NCBI RefSeq assembly: GCF_964355755.1
Contig: NC_092671.1
Span: 2,790,001-2,854,000, forward strand
DNA: 64,000 nt
Source: Antedon mediterranea
Lineage: Eukaryota; Animalia; Echinodermata
Reading direction: 5' to 3'
Positions 37,013 to 55,515 of the stretch are shown piece after piece. How positions within the stretch are numbered: position 1 is the stretch's first letter; each line of letters begins with the position of its first letter. A program made the translations under genes and the position numbers. The notes beneath the pieces are model-generated. The model was not told the origin of the DNA. It searched no databases and was given only the letters and a program-made list of their open reading frames with translations.

Positions 37013-38045
37013 GTATAAGTATTAGCATCAGAATCAGAATAAATTTCACTTGTTAATCAAAAATAATAGAATTGATAAATGTTTTGATTGTGGCGAAATC
37101 TGTAGCTCTGAATGTAGCCCTCCTACGTGGTGGATTTGTAAGTTAATAAAGCTTTGTTGTAATTAATACAAACTGCCAACGTAATAACTAATCCGACTTA
37201 ACCTTCGACTAGCCCCAGGGGAAACACAATAATTGAGATCAAGTAAATAAGTAAATCACAAATAATCAAAATTGGCTTTTTAAGACGTGTTTATATAACC
37301 TCAAAGTTAAAACGATCTTTCAAGAAGTATTTTTTTTGTATCGGGTACAATCGATCATACCAACAAAATATTTATAAAAAGTTTCGGTTTCAATAACTTA
37401 GATAATGTGCGACAATTCACATGTAGACCTATATAGTACTGAATATTGCATGTATATTATATAATATTGGAAGACATCTAAACATAACAATTCATTCCGA
37501 GAAATAAAACACGAACCGTGTAAAATAAACTATTATATGTAGACTATGAAGAAATAAACTTATTTATCCATGTGTAGGCCTACTCAGAAGATTGGAAACA
37601 AATCTGACTGTGGCTAGCTAATTTAGAATACCGGTGTCGACTGGCTTATAAAAATATCAATTTCATCATCAGTATCAGCTATAGACCTTATTATCTTGGT
37701 GTCTAAATCACTAGAAAAGAAAACAATTACTTACTGAATATATGATTCCTAATAGATCGATTAAATTCACATAAACAGGAAAATAAAGCCCGTCTAGCTA
37801 GGCGACAGCAAATGTTTTGGCAAATGAATGGTATCTCCTCTTACACACCCACTCGCGACCTTCTTGCTAACGGACTGAACTTAACTCGCCAGGGATCGGA
37901 TATTATACCTCTTATACTGCGCATATGTCTGCGCATTCAATGTAAACCCAGTGAACCGTGAAAAAGTTACACAATTTCATGATAAGTGGTTTGTTATTGA
38001 ATGATCAAGAATAAACCGAAGAATAAATCATGTGATTTCATTTCA

Positions 38046-38235
38046 TAGTCGAACCTCTATTAAGGGGACACCATTGGAATCACGAAAATGTACCTTCAAT
38101 TAATGACGTGACGTTTCCCCTAAATGACCATATTAATGTATTAAAACATACATTTCCACTCGTTTGTTTGACGGGAATTTAAAGTGTCGTGACGTCACTT
38201 TAATACGGTGTGATAAGGGAAGGGTCTCTACTGTA
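38046..38235. mobile_element. Tc1/pogo(Tigger)-like MITE remnant
   Basis: TAGTCGAACCTCTATTAAGGGGACACC ... AGGGTCTCTACTGTA termini. Confidence 0.55.
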
Positions 38236-38957
38236 TATGTCATTTCAGCCAACACAAGTTATGAATACAAAATAATATCAAGGGTGAACCCAAAAAAATA
38301 GATAGTCCCGGTGGAATACAGGGCCAAAAGAAAAGACCAAATACGCGGAAGTAGTTGTACATGACACAACCCCCCCCCCCCCCCCACCCTCCTCATTTGT
38401 CCCTTCTTCTTACACGATTGTTGTGTAACAAATGGTCAGAATCTATTTGTTACACAACAATCGATAAAATCCCAGACAAGTAAATAATATAAAACGTGAT
38501 CGAGCCCAACCATGGAGTAAAGAATACCATGGCCCAACAAAGGAAGTATTCTGTTCACCAAATCTCTACAAGTATTAAAGTCCAATGTCAAACTTTATTA
38601 ATAATGCGTGTATTCTAATCCGAAATTATTAATTCAATATTTGGTTTGATATTAAACAACATGAGATATAACGATTAATAGAAATTTGGCATTCCAATTT
38701 GCGATGTCATCAAAATCCGCGACCTATGTACAGCCAGTTTGTATCCGTGTGTTTACATTGTTAAGTTATTACTGTGCTTTGTTTCATGAATAAACTACAT
38801 TAAATGATGAAATAAATATTTTATTATTCCTGAAAAAGACAAGTCATTACCAAACCGGACATTGATGACGTAATGGTAAGAGTATCGGTAAAAATAAATT
38901 GGTTTTATTAGTAGTAAAGAGTAAGCAAACACCATACAATGAATGTAAGACGCGACG

Positions 38958-39460
38958 AATATGTGCCCCTCTGGTGTTTTATATGTGCCCCTCTGGAGTG
39001 TGATATATGCCCTCTGGAGTGTGATATATGCCCTCTGGAGTGTGATATATGCCCCTCTGGCCCGAGTGTGATATATGCCCCTCTGGCCCGAGTGTGATAT
39101 ATGCCCCTCTGGAGTGTGATATATGCCCCTCTGGCCCGAGTGTGATATATGCCCTCTGGAGTGTGATATATGCCCCTCTGGAGTGTGATATATGCCCTCT
39201 GGAGTGTGATATATGCCCTCTGGAGTGTGATATATGCCCCTCTGGCCCGAGTGTGATATATGCCCCTCTGGAGTGTGATATATGCCCCTCTGGCCCGAGT
39301 GTGATATATGCCCCTCTGGAGTGTGATATATGCCCTCTGGAGTGTGATATATGCCCCTCTGGCCCGAGTGTGATATATGCCCCTCTGGAGTGTGATATAT
39401 GCCCCTCTGGCCCGAGTGTGATATATGCCCATCTGGCGTGTGATATATGCCCCTCTCCAC
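38958..39460 (+). repeat. 21-26 bp minisatellite (GAGTGTGATATATGCCC[C]TCTG[GCCC])n, ~20 copies
   Basis: Read directly; source of ORFs 38795-39540. Confidence 0.97.
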
Positions 39461-40591
39461 ACGTAACGTGTAAAGTATCAAACCAAATTCCTAAATACAG
39501 TGTCACATTTGCCATTCACCTAACGAAAAATAATTCATAGCAAAATGTGTGTAACATGTGACTAAATTAATTTAACTCTCCCTGATGTGACGAACATAAA
39601 ATAAAAATCGAGTGTGTCGCCTTTAAATACCACACGTAAATTGAAATACAGTTTCACAAAAATACACTGACAGATAAAAAGTCAGTAGCATAATTTAATA
39701 TCCTTTGCATATTTGACCATTAATGTAAATTATAAATGTGTTTTGCATCGTGTAATGCGATATTTTTAAAACGTCGTCAAGGTTGAGGAGAAAGAAAAAT
39801 CAAACATTTACAAGTTTTACAGCAAATAAACTAATCAGAAATTCCAGAACTTAATACAATTTGTCAACACAACAAGTGACAACATGTAAAACAATGACAT
39901 TGTCACAAAGTTCTGTTTACGCAGGTGAAAAAATGTGAAAAATGGAATTCGTGCAAAAATAACATTCTTCTAAACAACTAGCTCATTATTTAACTTTCAA
40001 CTGTATTTGGAACAACGGTATTATGACATTTGCAAATGTACAACGCCAATCCATCACCACCCTATCTCAGAATTGATTATGTATAGATAATGCCCGGTTT
40101 AAAGACTCATGATAAGTGATATAGGCATAATAAATATTATACAAATATATAACCAAAACATATTAAAATACTTAAGGTAACAAACGTCACATGATCCGAA
40201 CAGTTGTTGGGTATCAACCCCACCACCCAAGGTAGAAATGTGATGCCGATAGTTACAATCCGTTATGTTTGAGTAATTAATGAATGACGTAATGAATTTA
40301 GCTGATTTTCGACTAACATAATAGAAAAATGGAGGGAGTATGGACTTTGGTTTTGCTTGAGGTTGATAGCTATCTGAGGTCCTGACAGGATTCTATAGTA
40401 TGACAATGATACATACGTGCTATTAATAATGTATCTATTTCTGGTTTATCATTTGGTAACATTAGAACTTTCAAGGAATTGTGTACTCTGTATAATAATT
40501 TATTGTTGACAAATTACATTGAGCTATTTTTGTAGCATATAATAATCTAAACAGTTAAATTCGGAAAGGATGTGAGGCGAATTTAGGACTA

Positions 40592-40764
40592 AGCTCTGTC
40601 TACACTATCAAACTTTATGTGACAAAAAAATGTGATGTTCCCATTTTATGGACATGATGATGTCATATCACTACCATATTTGGGCATATCACTACCATAT
40701 TCGGGCATATCACTACCATATTAGGCACATCATGTCAAAATAGTTTGATAGTGTAGACAGAGCT
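40592..40764. mobile_element. MITE family A, copy 4
   Basis: TIR AGCTCTGTCTACACTATCAAACT at both ends; three internal CATATCACTACCATATT repeats. Confidence 0.92.
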
Positions 40765-43700
40765 TAAGAAGGTGAAGAAGTCACATTCGATTTATGGATA
40801 AATAATTAAAAGAAATAATAATTTCAGGAATGCGAGAATGATAATTGAATGCAAAGACTCGAAGAAATAAAAATGTAATGTAAAGGTCTTCTCAACAAGT
40901 TCATTCTTTCACAATTTCTGAAACAAAAAAAAACTTTCATTTTGTGTTTTTTTAGTGCTTTTTTCGATTGCTTATGTAGACACATTTTTACTGTAGTCTA
41001 ATAGAATATAAAAATATATATCTGCTTCGATATAAAAAAATACGACCTGCATTAAAACGTATTCGTGACATAGTTACGAGATGAAGACAGTTAGATGCGT
41101 TTTTTGCAGCCGCTGCTGAAATACTATAGAAAAGTGAAAACATAACGTGGGCCTACGTTTAAATTGAGGAATATTAGATTTTCAACCAGATTCGTAAAAC
41201 GATTTAAATATGTGTTGTAATGTCTATGTAAGGATGAAGGTAGATATTTAAATTTAAATGCAATGCTGTTATAAATAACTATTTATATTATTCCAATTGT
41301 CTGCAACAGATGCCGACACGTTGCAAACAGCTATTCCATCCATTTATGTCGGGGTCGAGTGAGAGTGCGCTGACGGGGGACATTCCTAACTCAATGGGTT
41401 AGCAAATGTGTTAAAAGGCATTAAACATGACATGTTTGTTAATGCTAAGACGCTGGACACGGTCATGGTCACTTAATGGTCAAACAATACAAGACAAACA
41501 TGGCACTCAGTGGGTAAGAGGTTATTTTTAACGTTTTTAGTGGACAATCCCATTGTACATTAATAGTCCATTCTAAAAAAAGGCCGACAAAATCTGTTAA
41601 TTTCCGGAGTTTTAAAACTTTGCCCAATAACTGATACTAGGCCTAGGACAAATACAGTAAAAGTAGATTTATGCCCACACATGCCTAAACCACTGTCAGA
41701 CAATAATAGGCCTATATAGAAATACCTACTTTACATAAAGATTTAGATTAACATTATTTAATTACCTTTTCATGGAAAAGTTACTATTAGACGAGTCTCA
41801 CCATGATGGAGGAGGTATTAGTATTAAAATTAATAATAACATTGTACCACCATGCCTCAACTTCATAATATTAACAAATATATACGTAGTACTGTAAAAT
41901 ACCACTTACTTTGTTCCTACATATTACGTAAGACCATAATGTAAGGTAATTCGCTTCCAATGGACACACTGATAACATTCCAACATAAAATCTTCTGACA
42001 TGAACTTAAAATGGGCCTACTATAAAACGGCATATCCAACAAATGATATTGTTTATAAATGAATATAGTTTTAGGCTAGCCTACCTTTTATATGAAGAAA
42101 CTGTCTTGATTATGAGAAATTCCAACACACTCTGGGCACGGTCGTCGATACACAGCCCACGCTTGCTCAGTGATTTACTGTGTAATGAATCTGAGCGCGT
42201 CAACATTGGCAGCAGTAAACGATCAATCGTCTGCTATCAATGATGACGTCATTCTCAGTGGAAGCGTTGACTCAATTACAATTAATAATATATAGGCCTA
42301 TTGTAATATTATCAGACAAAATATCTATCAATATAATTGTCCATCGTTAAGATGATGGTATCATTTTCTACACAAACTGGGTCGTTCATCTCTATAAGAC
42401 GTCGTTCCCGCCTAAACTATTCTAGATTAGCCCATGAATTTATGTAATAACATGGAGTAAAGATTATTCTTTTTCTTTACTCCATAATAATAATAATTGC
42501 TCTGTTAATTACATGACAATTAGGCCTATGAATGGGTTCAGCTTGGGGGGGGGGGGGGGGCCTTCGTCTTGTTCAGTGGGCTTATAATGGCTGAAATGAT
42601 TTTAATCATTTAGAAATGCTCTGTGCATGATAAAAACAAGGCAAGAACTTATACGTCATTTATGATTAAATTTAAATTAATTTAGGTCATTTTCAAAACA
42701 ATAATGCTTTGAAGATGAATCATCGGTAATTCTGATTTTTTGTCCAATTACTTAGACGATCACGCTGACGTCACGTATCTGTAATTGAATTTTTCCCACC
42801 TTGTGAAATCTTAATTGATTAACTAGGCCTAATCACCGAATGTAGCCAATTTAGTCGTCTTTAATTGCATTCTTTGATTTGATAAATAAAATTATTATTT
42901 TCACGACTGGAAACAACTGATGTAATTATATTTGTCAGTGACAAAGGAATGAGACATAGTGGACGTGCACGCACAAACGCACCGATAATACCACGCGCGT
43001 CAGTCGTGTTTCATGATGATGGCACACGAAACATGGTACAGTATATGGAAAAGCATACCGTATTGTTTACGTTATGTGTTACGTATTAATATGAATTATT
43101 CGTTAATTGTTGTGCTGCTGCTGGTGTCTTGGCTTAGGCTGTGACGTACCCGGATGTTCATGAATATCTACACTCTATTTTCAGGTACAATGCAATATTT
43201 ATAACGTATTGTACCGTATTTATGATAAAAAATATTTCTTTTCAATTAAACCTGTGACATTGCCAGAACCATTCAACGTCTACATTGAATTGACAGTATA
43301 TCGCTGTACCTACAGTTGGATATCATTGTAGTCTCAGCTACAGTGAATTAAGGTACACCTACATAACTAACTTTCTAATGGACAAACAGACAAACTCTTC
43401 AGTTGCATTATCATCTTTAAACTTAATAAGACGTATTTAGAAAAATAAATTATATTTGAAAATTTCTCGACAAAATCCATGTACTCCAAAATGGCCACTC
43501 AAAATCGTACTGGATGTTCAGCCAGTGTTAGCATGGAGGTATATACCTCCATGGTGTTAGTTACTACTGTTCCAACTCTGTCTAAACTTTATAATATGCG
43601 AAACCATTCTCGCGGCGCCGACATAGTACAACAGTCGAATACTGCATCAATATTGAAATGAATTTCCAATATCAGCTAGCATGGCTACAATTGACTTATG

Positions 43701-44601
43701 TTCATATTCTGTTATGAACTAAAACATCACGTGTCAAAGAATTAAATATTATCTGTTTATGAACGTTGATATTCATAATTGATAAAGAGAAATAAATACC
43801 ATGGAAATACTAATGTTTGACGTTTCTCTGCTGCTTGTCATATCGACTTATTCTTATCAATATTAAAACGCTATATGTGACGTAAGCAGAATAAACATCA
43901 CGTGGATACACTACATAATTAATATCGAATAAAATCAGCATTGACAGACTTTCGAAACTGCCACAAGGCAAACCACCTGTTGTTAACATAGATAATTATA
44001 CTGGTAGGTAAAATCATGGAGGATAATAATATACAATTCCGCCATGGTAAAATGTAGGCCTAATAAAATATTAAATTGTGTCGATAGCTAGCCTTCGGAG
44101 TCGCATGCCCTTGAAATACAAATGAGGTTAAAAATTAAACTTACAAGGACGGATTATATTTTAAAGTTGCTTTGTGACACCAAAGCAAAAATAAACATAA
44201 ATCCAGAATAAATCCATTTGTAGTGAAATAAAATAAACATTCTGATACCTCGGGGTACCTTGCTTATGATTGGCAGTTTCGATTGTAATATTGTAAGATT
44301 AATTCTGTAATTGTAATAAATGAAATAAAAATCCTGATTTCTTAATGATTGGTTCAGAATGAAACAACAACGTGGTTACTTTCGAAACAAGGTCATCTGT
44401 ATCTACATAATTAGTTTAATTAATATAAATATTTATATTAATATTAAGTTTGTTTTATCATCAGCCGACAAGTCAAAGACTATCTACTAAGGTCAGGCGT
44501 TGCCAAGGTTCGATGGCACTTGAAAAAATACAATATTATTAATCTAATTTTTATTCTAATTGAATTAATACTATTGTTTGGAGGGTAACAAGCAATTGAT
44601 A

Positions 44602-44730
44602 AGCTCTGCCTACAACTAGTTTGACAACAAAGTGTGATGTGGCCAAATATGGTAGTGATATGTCCAAATATCGTAGTGATATGACTTCATCATGTCCATA
44701 TATGGGCACATCACACTTTTTTGTCACATT
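44602..44730. mobile_element. MITE family A, truncated copy 5
   Basis: Left TIR and interior present, right TIR missing. Confidence 0.8.
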
Positions 44731-44839
44731 CAACCAACGACAAATTTTGGATCAATCGGACCAATAATTTAGAGAATGTTGCACTGCAGATATAGCCTAA
44801 ACCTTTAGTATTCGATTTTCCACCTAAAAACAGGCACTG

Positions 44840-44970
44840 TTATAAACGCAACGACGAGCCGCAACGCAAGTAACTTGACCAATCACAAGCGATGGATAAT
44901 TCGAACAGTCGCTTGTCATTGGTCAACTCGCTTGTGTTGCGCTTACGTCCTTGCGTTGCGTCCTATAATC
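44840..44970. mobile_element. Palindromic MITE family B (related copies ~47700-47945 and ~48795-48880)
   Basis: ACGCAACG..CGCAACGCAAG..TTGACCAATCAC / TGATTGGTCAA..CTTG.GTTGCG..CGTTGCGT inverted arms. Confidence 0.75.
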
Positions 44971-47039
44971 ACGCTTTAGGCCTATCGTCTAGACTATACA
45001 GTTTTCAATATAACAAGCAGATGTTTTATCGTTTCGTTTCTGAATGTTGTTATTCTATGAGTTTCACTGGACCGTGATAACCTTTTAAATAGTGCGTTGA
45101 TTAGTATTGACGGCTGCCGAGAACATTCAACTAGTAGTTACTGTAGTAGGCCTAACATATCTATAACCTGCAATAAGCGCCATATAGGCCTACTGATAAC
45201 AGCGGTGGATCTAGGGGAGAATTTAGGACAAGAGCGGCATCGCGAGCAAAGAGAGGACCCAGGCTGGGGGAGAGTGGAAGTCATGGGCCCCAGTAGAAGT
45301 TTTGTCATTTGGGTCACGTACTATTAGGGGAACATTTGTTAGAAAAGCCCCAACGGTGTCCCAATAGAGAATGTATAGGCCTATTTATATTTAGTTTTCG
45401 TTCTGTTTTATTTGTTTTCTATGACAATATTGTAACGTACGGTGAGAGTCAATAAAGAATTGAATTGTAAACAAAACAGACATATTATTAGACCAATCAT
45501 CTGTTTAATAACTAAGAACCACATACAAGAAGCTTTAGAGAATCAGCTAGAACGAATATAAACGTAGTGAAATTCTAGAATTAATTATTAAATTCTTGGA
45601 AAGAAAAAGTCAACGTGTTTGTGATGTTATGCATTGCTGTGGTTACCGTTGCTTATTGTCACTACTTTTATTGACCACCCTTGTTTATCGACTGTTGCGA
45701 ATATTTGGATAATTAACCTAAAGAAAATAATTTGATTTTGGAATTGCGCAACTAAAGCTCAGTTCCCACCATCGGGTTTGTTCTTCCGTCTTCCAAAGGG
45801 ACTTGTATTGATTGATAGGACATCAGGAGAAGAGTGTTGCAATCCCACAGTCATTTCTTCACTTGGTCACTAATGACCTACTTTTTGAATAGAATGTCAT
45901 AAGCTTGCAATTTAGGGACACTCTTTGTATATTGTAGGTATTCAAGGATTGACCTTGTCAACCATTGTGTAAATACTTTCTCTGCTCTCTGCTTTGCTAT
46001 TCTATTTATCATTTAGAATTCAATTGTGATATTGTATATTCTTAATACAAATTGAAATGGATTTAGTGTTACTTTCGAAAGTTTTGATCATTTTGTGTAT
46101 GGTAAGAGAACTAAATAAACGCAAGCAGAAGAAAAAAACGATTGCAAAAGAAACGCAGTGTGTGGGTGAAACCATGGATACAGCGGCGAAAATCCCATGG
46201 AGCATACCATGATTTAATAAAGGAACTGGAAGTAGAAGACATAGAAAAATATAATAATTTTATCTATAATTATATATAAATATATAATATATTATGACTT
46301 TTAATAACACTTTATAATCTTTGTATTCCATTCAACTCCTAACTAAAGTTATTTCAGGTATCTATAATCAAAAGATATATAGTGAACTATATTATATCTC
46401 TCTGCTACAATATTCAGATGTTGATCCCTACCAAGCCAAATTCCTGCCCATCTGATTGGCTATTGGTGTAAAAAACTGGTGTCAGTTTCGTTAATAATAG
46501 GACATGCACTAAAACTTATAAGTCACTATTTTCTCTCTTTTATACACAAGGGAGCAGTTAAAATAATAGATTTGACCCTAAAGGTGACTGGAAACAGGCA
46601 CTTTCCATCAATCAATACAGTGTCCCTTTGGAAGACGGAAGAAAAAAACCGATCGTGGGAACTGAGCTTAAGGATAGTATACGGTCGAAGGTACGTCAGT
46701 TCATCGATTTCTTAAGATTATTTTAGCAAAAAACTACATACTCTTTACCTAATCTAATCATTATCGTAGAGAACGTCCCGTTTAGTGGATCAAAACATGG
46801 ACGACACTATTAACAAAACAAACTTTATGGACCACCTACAAAGTACAAAAACAAGGCAGGCAAATGAACAAACAGAATAAAATACAAAACATCGAATTAT
46901 TAGGTTTACTGATTTCAGAAATTAAGAAAAAGACTAACTTGAGTTTGATACAAATATAAATCAATATCGCAAATGAAAGAAATTAATATAAAATATGTAT
47001 AAAATAATTGCGTAAAGACTAAATAATTCTCTCTTTAAA

Positions 47040-47162
47040 GGCTCTGTCTACACTATCAAACTAGTTTGACAAAAAGGTGTGATGTGCTCAAATATGGTAG
47101 TGATATGACGTCATGGGCACATCACATTTTTTGTCACAAAGTTTGATGGTGTACACAGAGCT
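47040..47162. mobile_element. MITE family A, copy 6
   Basis: GCTCTGTCTACACTATCAAACT...AGTTTGATGGTGTACACAGAGCT. Confidence 0.88.
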
Positions 47163-47409
47163 ATAGAATGACCCCACGCCCCAACATTTATCCTATTAAA
47201 AACATGAATCTGTTATCTTGTCAGTACTTTACTTGTTTTAAGCCTTATCTATCGCTAGGCCTACTTATCTTTATACTACTTAACTTTTCATCAATCATAA
47301 CAGTATGACAACAACAAGATTATGTTTCAGAGTTGACGATGATATTATAAACACTATATTATGATATAACAATCTTAACAGCAAATTGACAGAGTATGAA
47401 ATATGCCTA

Positions 47410-47685
47410 AGCCTGGTTTCCATAAAATCGCTACACCGTGTCGCCGACTGCTGTCGCCGACAGAGCGTAGCGATTCTATGGAAACGCTAGAATTTATCGG
47501 GGATCTAGTACGCGAGCGCTAAATATCCTTTGGTACACACGCGTATACGATTCATCGCCGGACAAAATCGGCAAAGTTGAACATGGTTGTTGAACTTTGC
47601 CGATTTGTCTGCGATGAATCGGGGAGAACTCCCCGATGCGCGTCGGCGACATCTGCGCGTGTAGCGATTTTATGGAAACCAGGCT
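47410..47685. mobile_element. Harbinger-like MITE
   Basis: TIR AGCCTGGTTTCCATAAAATCGCTACAC / GTGTAGCGATTTTATGGAAACCAGGCT. Confidence 0.9.
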
Positions 47686-49694
47686 TTATCCGTCTATTTA
47701 AGTTTGGGTTCATACTTGGACGCAACGCAACAAAATAAGGCGCAACGCAAGCGAATTGACCAATCACGAGCGACAGTTCGAATAATGATCCATCATTCTT
47801 GATTGGTCAATTCGCTTGCTTGGTTCCTATGGACGTAACGCAACGACGTAGGCGCAACGCAAAGTGACAAGAGCTGAGTTCGGATTGGTCAAATTACTCA
47901 CGGCAGTGCAGTTAAGTTATTGCATGGTGTTAATGTTGCGTCAGTACGTTCCGGCAAGCGATCGCGAAACAAAAAAAGGACTGTTTATGCCCATTCCGTA
48001 TCTCACTTTTTTCAGGTATGCGAATACGCGCATAGAGTCATGTGAAAAACACATTCGGCATGTCAGTAAATACACGTAAATACGGCGAATTTATATCGTG
48101 ACACGCTAGACGATGAAACGCCAGTTGAGAATGAAACCTGATAGGTTCCGAAACGTACTGTAAGTTTGTTTACATTAATTTTTGGTTGTTCAAAAAGAAA
48201 TTTTATTTAATATCCTTACTTTTTTTATACACGTTGCAATAACATTACCAATACATAACTTTTCGTGAAATAAGCAAGAACAAATATCTATATACCTTTA
48301 GAATCAATACTTCTAAACGCTCTGTTCACTTAACGCAATAATCGTATTTACCTGACAGTTTTAATCCTCACTTACCCTTTTAGATTTAATCTCCTTATAC
48401 GCTAGCTTCAATCTCCTCGGAAAAATATTTTGATGAGAATTATAACGTATCAGCTCAATTGCATGAATCGAGTTCATCTTTAGTGAGACATAAATAAACG
48501 CTTCAACCTGTCATGATTGAAGCAAAACATGATGTTCATATTAATAGATGATGATATACAATAATAAAATGCGAATGAGAACATTTAGGCCCTGTGGCGT
48601 AGACGTGTTTGTATCGTTGGTTAGCGCTCACAGTAGGTTATCTTCGTAATAACATATATAATTTCATCTGCATAATTTTAGGCCTACTCTCGAGTCTCGG
48701 TTTCTATGTTTTCAACTCATTCCTCCGTTTGTCAGCGTCATCTGCGACGTTACTACGGACAATAGTTCTTCAATGAAGAACTATTGTCAGATTCGTTGGT
48801 TCCCACTAGGACGCAACGCAAGGACGTAAGCCGTAACGCAAACGAATTGACCAGTCAAAAGCGATGGATTATTCCAACTGTTAGTAGAAGACAAGCTTTA
48901 TTCCATAAATTCGTCACAATTTCAAATACTTGGTATAATAATTATGTATGTACACCGGGTCGTGAGTAAAAACCGTAGACCTACTATTAATTTACTTTCA
49001 GCGCGGCACTAATGGGCTTCCGTAAAACAGGCTTCAATCGTGACAGTGGCTTGGTTGATATAGTTTTCTTATTTATTGTGTTTTGCACATACCCCCGTAG
49101 GTTAGAAAAAATTGATGACGCAGCCATGGCATCTAGGTCTAATATTATTACAAAAAAACAAAACAGACTCGCAGCATGCAAGAGGATGACGCATGAAGAA
49201 AACGGGAGCAAACAAGTTCATGATTCACCAACAATTAGACTCTCGTAATAACATTGGTATTTACTTTTACAAATTATATTATTGCGAGAGTCTGGTTGTG
49301 TAGAATACCATGAATTAACACAATTTGATCCATCTGTTAAAAAACAGTTATCCCAGTTAGGCCATTATCGATTATGTCATGTCATTATGTATCTCTAAAT
49401 ATGCATCTGAGCGTAGACAACGTTTGATTTGGCCAACATGTTTTTCATTTTTAAGTTTTGTGTGTGTGGGGCGGAGAGAGAGAGGATTCATGTGTGGGAG
49501 TTATTCAATATTGTCCATTAAAACAATAATTACGCAAAAATACAGACTGAATATATTTAAAACATATGTTATTAATATTATACCAGGCTTATACAAAAAT
49601 AAATAATAATAGGCCTAATGCGAAAAATATTATTATTATTGAGGGGGTAAATTATTGAGGGCGCACTATACGTTGGTTGTTAGAAAAAAAAAAC

Positions 49695-54333
<4,639 letters not shown>

Positions 54334-54573
54334 ATGCTGGGATGAGAACAGGTGTAATGATATAGTGTGGTGTAATAGACATGGCTACCCTTCAGGGCTG
54401 TTGACACTATGCTGTAAAAAAGACATGGCTATTCTCAAGTGATATTGATATACAGATGTCCTTCCATGAGTGGTTAATGGTTTCTGCTTCAGAGGAAAGA
54501 GAGGCAGGAATTCAGGAATACTGAAGAATTTCAAAAAAGATCTATGAAATAGCATGAATGGTTATATTTACTA

Positions 54574-54798
54574 AGGCTACTTTCACATTGCGCCCGGATT
54601 CAGTCTGGCGGCCTGAGAAAAATGTCGCGACCGTTGAGCATGCTTTCACATCGAGCTACGAATTCAGAGCCTGAATCAGGTACGAATTCAAATTGTACAA
54701 ATTTGGTGTGAACAATCCTATACTTTACCACTGAACCCATTTTCCACAATATTTTTCTCAGCGCAATGGACAAATCCGGACGCGATGTGAAAGCAGCT
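54574..54798. mobile_element. Harbinger-like MITE in the presumed RNF113A 3' UTR
   Basis: GGCTACTTTCACATTGCGCCCGGATT / AATCCGGACGCGATGTGAAAGCAGC. Confidence 0.8.
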
Positions 54799-55379
54799 TT
54801 ATGGTCATATTTTAGAATTCATATTAAGGCTAAATTTAAGAATTCTATCTATGTTAGTGAATACCACTTTACAGGAAATCCATTAATATGTATTGACTTA
54901 AGAAATTTGACTTGAAGTACTTAGTATGGGAAATATCTTACTTGATTGTGATTGGTGAATATTGTCACAGTACATATTTTACACATACAGTATATTATGC
55001 TAAGAAGTTCTGATAACTATACAATCAATTTCTCAGATTGATTATGATCAATATCAATAAATCAAAAAAGTGAACTCCAGTACATCTGGATTTAGATTAG
55101 AAACCAAATGGGAGGGAAAAAGGGAAATAACAGAACTGGAAAATAAAATATGTATACAGAATAATAATGTGAATTGAAATTCATTGTGCTGTAAATAAAT
55201 GTAGATTTTTTTACATAACTTTTGTTTTCTTTTTTTGTTGGAATTCTCTGAAATAAATGAAAAAATAATCACCTTCCTATTTATTCAACAAACACGAAGG
55301 AAAAAAAAGTTGTTAATTGAATTGCAAAAGGTGGGATAAACAAAAATAAACTGATGTTTGAATTAAATAAGTTATTTTT

Positions 55380-55476
55380 TACCGGGCCCACCGTGCGAAA
55401 AATTAGTATGACCGGCGGCGGTCTAGTCTCTGGGAATTCCACAAACCTCGTTTTCGTCACAAAGTGACGTCATTCA
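55380..55476 (+). promoter_or_regulatory. Probable TMEM245 proximal promoter with a CRE palindrome
   Basis: CpG-richer stretch just 5' of the ATG; TGACGTCA at 55465-55472. Confidence 0.4.
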
Positions 55477-55515
55477 ATGTTTTCAAAAACAAAGTTGAAA
55501 AGGGCATTCCCAAAA

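Noticed and set aside
38795-39540. Four overlapping ORFs including a Cys-rich ECDICP repeat
   Set aside because: Minisatellite open in several frames on both strands; no splice or domain evidence.
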